Shown here piece after piece: positions 27,182 to 30,510 of a stretch of DNA of 30,510 bases. Source of the DNA: a virus (Duplodnaviria; Caudoviricetes); IMG/VR virus record IMGVR_UViG_3300033067_000709, positions 1 through 30,510 of that record; one strand, 5' to 3'. The first letter of the stretch is position 1. Each line of letters begins with the position of its first letter. The translations under genes were made by a program, and so were the position numbers. The notes below the pieces were generated by a model that worked only from the letters and a program-made list of their open reading frames with translations, was not told where the DNA came from and searched no databases.

Positions 27182-28061
27182 TGCGCTTCCCTCTTTCTTC
27201 CGTGTAGCGGCCTAGCCTATCCTTGTCGCGATCGGATAGGGCTCCGGTAGCCTTATACGCTTCGATGCGTTGCCGTGCGAAAGTGGCCCATTGGGGGTCT
27301 AGCTCGAAACCCACGTACGAACGCCCTAGGATGGCGCATGCGAGGCCGACCGTACCGGACCCGGCGCATGGGTCTAGGACTGTCTCCCCCTCGTCTGAGA
27401 ACCACTCCACCAAGTCTAGACATTGGTCTAGGGGCTTCTCCGCGCGGTGCTTACCGTCGCCTCGCAAGCACTTGTGTGATAGGTGCGTGAGATTGCCCGG
27501 ACCGTTCCACGCTTTCTTACCCTTAGTCTTACCGTAGAACAGAGCTAGATCCTCTACGGGCGCGGCTCGTTCGGCCGATTCGGTCCATAGCGTTCCTGGA
27601 TTGCCGTGGAAGATTAGCAAGTCCTCTCGGCCCGAGGGTGGACGGTCCCCTGACAGTTGCGGCATGGACCATCGGATCCACGCTACCGTGCGGATATAGG
27701 TAGCGCCGGATTCTTGGCACGCTTCCCTAAAGTGGTGGGTGGATTCAATGTCTGAATAGATGACGGACCATCGCTTTACTAGGGCGGAGCTCTGAGCAAC
27801 GAACCGAAAAAGTTTTCCGTGTGTCTCTAGATGATCGAATCCGAATTCGCGCTTGCGCGTGTTGTAAAGCTCGCCTCCGGATCCGGTCACACTAACAGCG
27901 GACTTATGGACCTTTTCCGAGTATGGAGGATCGACGATCATAACGTCGCACGAAGCAACGTCCGACGGTGTAAGTGTCGTGCTATCACCGTTGATCAAAT
28001 AGTGGTTCAAGGATTGTACTCCCAAAGAATGCGCCCGATGCAATTCAAGGCCGGATCCCAC
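27159..28061 (-). CDS. DNA methyltransferase, N6-adenine/N4-cytosine, beta class
   Basis: DPPY before H.AEKP and VLDPCAGSGT...GFELD; no cognate nuclease gene nearby. Confidence 0.9.
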   Translation of the reverse strand: MGSGLELHRAHSLGVQSLNHYLINGDSTTLTPSDVASCDVMIVDPPYSEKVHKSAVSVTGSGGELYNTRKREFGFDHLETHGKLFRFVAQSSALVKRWSVIYSDIESTHHFREACQESGATYIRTVAWIRWSMPQLSGDRPPSGREDLLIFHGNPGTLWTESAERAAPVEDLALFYGKTKGKKAWNGPGNLTHLSHKCLRGDGKHRAEKPLDQCLDLVEWFSDEGETVLDPCAGSGTVGLACAILGRSYVGFELDPQWATFARQRIEAYKATGALSDRDKDRLGRYTEERGKRNGKGSNA

Positions 28062-28067
28062 TCTGCT

Positions 28068-28073
28068 AGCCTA
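28068..28073 (-). promoter_or_regulatory. Putative -10 TAGGCT, leaderless
   Basis: - strand TAGGCT-agcaga-GTG(28061). Confidence 0.5.
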
Positions 28074-28175
28074 ATACAGTCATTCCAAGGGCCATTCCAT
28101 GCGCGACAATGACTACCAGCATGCTTCGCAGTGGTGGGAGAACATGCGTGGTAATGTCTGCTATCAGCGCCATCG

Positions 28176-28257
28176 TGCTACCCGGGGGAATCGAACCCCC
28201 ATGCCTTGCGGCGTCGGAACCTAAACCCGGTGCGTCTGCCAGTTTCGCCAGGGTAGC
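28176..28257 (-). tRNA. trnL: tRNA-Leu, anticodon UAG (reads CUA)
   Basis: Acceptor stem GCTACCC/GGGTAGC plus discriminator A; D-arm TGGCGAAACTGGCAGACGC; anticodon loop TTTAGGT; long variable arm GCC-GCAA-GGC; T-arm GGGGG-TTCGATT-CCCCC; CCA not encoded. Confidence 0.95.
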
Positions 28258-28294
28258 AAAGTCCCACTAACGTAGGGACACACGGATCGTATGT

Positions 28295-28316
28295 ACTTAG
28301 GACGATCGGCCTAAGT
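28295..28316. repeat. 22-bp near-perfect palindrome ACTTAGGaCGATCGgCCTAAGT
   Basis: One mismatched pair; lies between the upstream gene stop (28320) and a putative tRNA -10 TACGAT (28291-28286). Confidence 0.7.
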
Positions 28317-28319
28317 CTA

Positions 28320-29072
28320 TCAGGCCTTAGGGGCCGGACTGAAAACGTACCGAGTGACCCGCTGACTCTTCTTCGTGACGTGGATCGAAGTGGTGACGAC
28401 CACGAAACGACCGTTCAGGGTTTTATTCTTGCAGGCGTCCTCCAACATCCCCTGTGATTGAGGCGCAAGTTGCGTATTGATAATCGCCAACTGCTGTGAA
28501 TCGTTCGCATCCAAGCCACTCACGGCGGCGAGGAATTCGATCAAATTGGCGAAAGCGATCGAACGATCCTTCAAGGTTTGCACCCACCCTCGCTTGACGC
28601 CGATCGCAACCTTCGGATTGGTGCTACCCACTACCTCCAGTTCCACGATGACGGCGACACCGCTACGCTGTGTGTTCTTTACCAGCATTTCGTTGATCCG
28701 GCAAAGGTACGAGCCCGGACCTTCCGCGTTGTCTTCCGCGTTGAAATAGCTTCCCTTAGAGAAAGCTTGACCCTGGTTCATACCGTCAAAGGCATTGCCT
28801 AGGACGGGGTGAGCGGGGGCAGGCATGGGAACCGGCGGGGGAGGGGGCGCGTAGCCCGGGGGAGGCGCGTAAGGGGCCGGAGGTGCGAACGCGGGGGGCG
28901 GGGCCGCTCCCGGCGGGGCGTACGGAGGGGGAGCGAAGCCGGGAGGGGAATAGCCCGGGGGAGCGGCCGGAGGCGCGTACGGAGGCGCGAAGCCGGGAGT
29001 AGGTGCGGGGGCAGCCTGGACGGGGGGAGCACCGGGGATCTGGAAACCGTAGGGATTGCTGGGATTGCTCAT
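28320..29072 (-). CDS. Pro-rich N-terminus plus DUF669-like (putative ssDNA-binding) domain
   Basis: AAGGA RBS before ATG 29072; about 90 aa of PPGY/PPYAPP repeats; PG.Y...I...VELEV...L.EFLAA...L.GR pattern; located in the replication module. Confidence 0.6.
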   Translation of the reverse strand: MSNPSNPYGFQIPGAPPVQAAPAPTPGFAPPYAPPAAPPGYSPPGFAPPPYAPPGAAPPPAFAPPAPYAPPPGYAPPPPPVPMPAPAHPVLGNAFDGMNQGQAFSKGSYFNAEDNAEGPGSYLCRINEMLVKNTQRSGVAVIVELEVVGSTNPKVAIGVKRGWVQTLKDRSIAFANLIEFLAAVSGLDANDSQQLAIINTQLAPQSQGMLEDACKNKTLNGRFVVVTTSIHVTKKSQRVTRYVFSPAPKA

Positions 29073-29099
29073 TGGGATTGGTGTCCTTACTTGGGATTG
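29052..29099 (-). repeat. Four CAATCCC direct repeats spanning the start codon
   Basis: + strand GGGATTG at 29052, 29061, 29074 and 29093. Confidence 0.65.
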
Positions 29100-29203
29100 A
29101 TCTCGGAACGTCACGGTATGTGACGGAGCCATGTAAGGGACTTGCACCCTTCACGCTAGCGTATGTGTGGCGCCTTGCGTGTCCTTTGACATGGCTAGTA
29201 TTG

Positions 29204-29287
29204 CTATTTCCCTCCGAACAGTAGCAAAGTAACTATGAAGGTAAGACCGAAGCCGTAGAAAAACCAATCCCAATCGCTAGCGCGCAT
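29204..29287 (-). CDS. 27-aa membrane peptide (MRASDWDWFFYGFGLTFIVTLLLFGGK)
   Basis: TAATG overlap with the upstream gene; one clear TM segment. Confidence 0.5.
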   Translation of the reverse strand: MRASDWDWFFYGFGLTFIVTLLLFGGK

Positions 29288-29526
29288 TAGCGTGTTCCCT
29301 CCGGCGGCCACTTAGCGTGTTGCGGACAGAGATAGATGTATGAGTGCATGTTATCCCTGTCTGATATGGTCTGGAAAACTCGCCACCCTTCGGCCCTAGC
29401 AATAAGCACAGGGGCAGGAGCTATTTCGCTGCTAGGGGATTTCGCTTCCGGCTTTATTACGTATACCTTAGTACAGCCGAAAATATCACACGCAATGGCC
29501 GTGCATTCCAGTTTGCTAGCAGCCAT
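29287..29526 (-). CDS. Small zinc-finger-like protein
   Basis: GGAGG RBS before ATG 29526; CDIFGC...GW...CPQH. Confidence 0.6.
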   Translation of the reverse strand: MAASKLECTAIACDIFGCTKVYVIKPEAKSPSSEIAPAPVLIARAEGWRVFQTISDRDNMHSYIYLCPQHAKWPPEGTR

Positions 29527-29785
29527 GCGCTTCCCTCCATACACCTGCCGGATCCTGATAAGGGTGACGCTTGGATCGCAGATCGAAGCCGCCTCGACTA
29601 GTGGAGCCGATGCGTTGATCGGTCGCCTCTAGTGCGTTCTGAGAGATCAAGTGGGCGCGCAGTGCCACGTGGCCCGGGCAAGCGTGCTCGAGACTGCCGC
29701 AAAGACACTTGGCCGGAGCTTTACGCTCCCTTAGCAGCACGGTAGCAATGCTCGACTCATTTGCGTAGAGACCATCGATAGTCAT
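29516..29785 (-). CDS. Hypothetical Cys/His-containing protein
   Basis: ATGA overlap with the helicase stop; CLCGSLEHACPGH. Confidence 0.55.
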   Translation of the reverse strand: MTIDGLYANESSIATVLLRERKAPAKCLCGSLEHACPGHVALRAHLISQNALEATDQRIGSTSRGGFDLRSKRHPYQDPAGVWREAHGC

Positions 29786-30510
29786 CCGTTCGCCCTCCAA
29801 CGGTAGCAATGTTTTCCCCATTCAAATACAGATCTGAAATCGGGGATTGAAACGTCCGCAAGCAAAATCTTCTGAGAATGTCCAGTCATTTGCTCGATTG
29901 CCTTAGCAGCGTCTAGCGCATTGGTAAAGCTTTCGTAGTGCTCCCGGCAACCTAGCAAGAATTCCGCTGTTACTTCGTCTGCTTTCTGCCCGTCACGGTG
30001 CGTTCGTCCTAGTAGTTGCTCCCACATGGGAGCGCCGGCCGGAGGCGCGGTTAGCAAGTTGCGTCGCCACGCTTGGAGGTTGCGCCCTGTAGCGTTCGCC
30101 TTAGCCGATGCAATCAAGCTTAGCCCAGGATCAGCCGCTTCGATAGCACGACCGGAAGCGTCTAGGCCTTCCTGACCGAAATATGACAGACCAGTCCGAC
30201 GAGCCAATTCCCGGGCGAAAAACCCATGCTCGCACCATATGATACCAGGGACCTTATCCGCCGCCCACCTCGCACACAGATCTAGCGCGGTATCATCGTG
30301 CCAAACGGGTTTGCTGTTCGCTTGAAAGGTTGGTTTGATTGCGTTCCAAGCGTCCCACGTATGCCTAGGAAGATCTCCGGCCTCGCATGCGTGCGCTACC
30401 TGTAGCTCCGTATCGAGTTTCTTGGAGTGGCTTAGCACATCCCGAACGAATTTAGCCCACTCCCTACGCGCTTCTAGCCACTCCATTGGAGGGCGAGGAT
30501 CCCATACGTA
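29782..30510 (-). CDS. Superfamily 2 helicase, C-terminal part (truncated by the window end)
   Basis: Motif V-like ATGRNLQ and motif VI EQLLGRTHRDGQ; the frame stays open to the window edge. Confidence 0.85.
   Translation of the reverse strand, partial: YVWDPRPPMEWLEARREWAKFVRDVLSHSKKLDTELQVAHACEAGDLPRHTWDAWNAIKPTFQANSKPVWHDDTALDLCARWAADKVPGIIWCEHGFFARELARRTGLSYFGQEGLDASGRAIEAADPGLSLIASAKANATGRNLQAWRRNLLTAPPAGAPMWEQLLGRTHRDGQKADEVTAEFLLGCREHYESFTNALDAAKAIEQMTGHSQKILLADVSIPDFRSVFEWGKHCYRWRANG

Noticed and set aside
28176-28257. tRNA as a prophage attachment site
   Set aside because: Phage genes lie on both sides; no integrase or duplicated tRNA 3' end in the window.
28800-29040. G-rich repeats resembling a CRISPR array or G-quadruplex element
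   Set aside because: Explained by proline codons on the - strand; no constant repeat-spacer period.
1-30510. TAG stop-codon reassignment suggested by TAG abundance and a 'TAG' tRNA
   Set aside because: Genes are full length in code 11, and several end at TAG where expected (2540, 11487, 21521). The tRNA anticodon is UAG (Leu), not the CUA of an amber suppressor.

Overview
A 30.5-kb stretch of a tailed dsDNA phage genome (myovirus-like, contractile tail); no host genes or integrase are visible. + strand 1-16808: putative lysis genes, a cluster of head/fibre-type proteins, then a complete contractile tail and baseplate module (sheath, tube, chaperones, 511-aa tape measure, hub, Gp138-like spike, wedge, J, fibre). 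Right half, mostly - strand: helicase (partial), Pro-rich DUF669-like protein, tRNA-Leu(UAG), N6/N4 DNA MTase, family A DNA polymerase, DUF3310, sigma-70-like factor, terL, a terS-like gene, RuvC-like resolvase and a short C5-MTase-like gene. A + strand portal-collagen-MuF block sits inside this - strand run. Most unusual signals: (i) strong CTA/TAG/CTAG enrichment with CTG/CAG depletion, matched by a tRNA that reads CUA, alongside two MTases and a PolA lacking the motif-B tyrosine; (ii) a ~2-kb high-GC fibre segment lacking this signature, probably a recent import; (iii) recurrent TAnnnT-N6-start leaderless-type promoters, including a back-to-back pair in 28 bp between terS and portal. Family calls come from motif recognition and synteny only, and all counts are hand counts.
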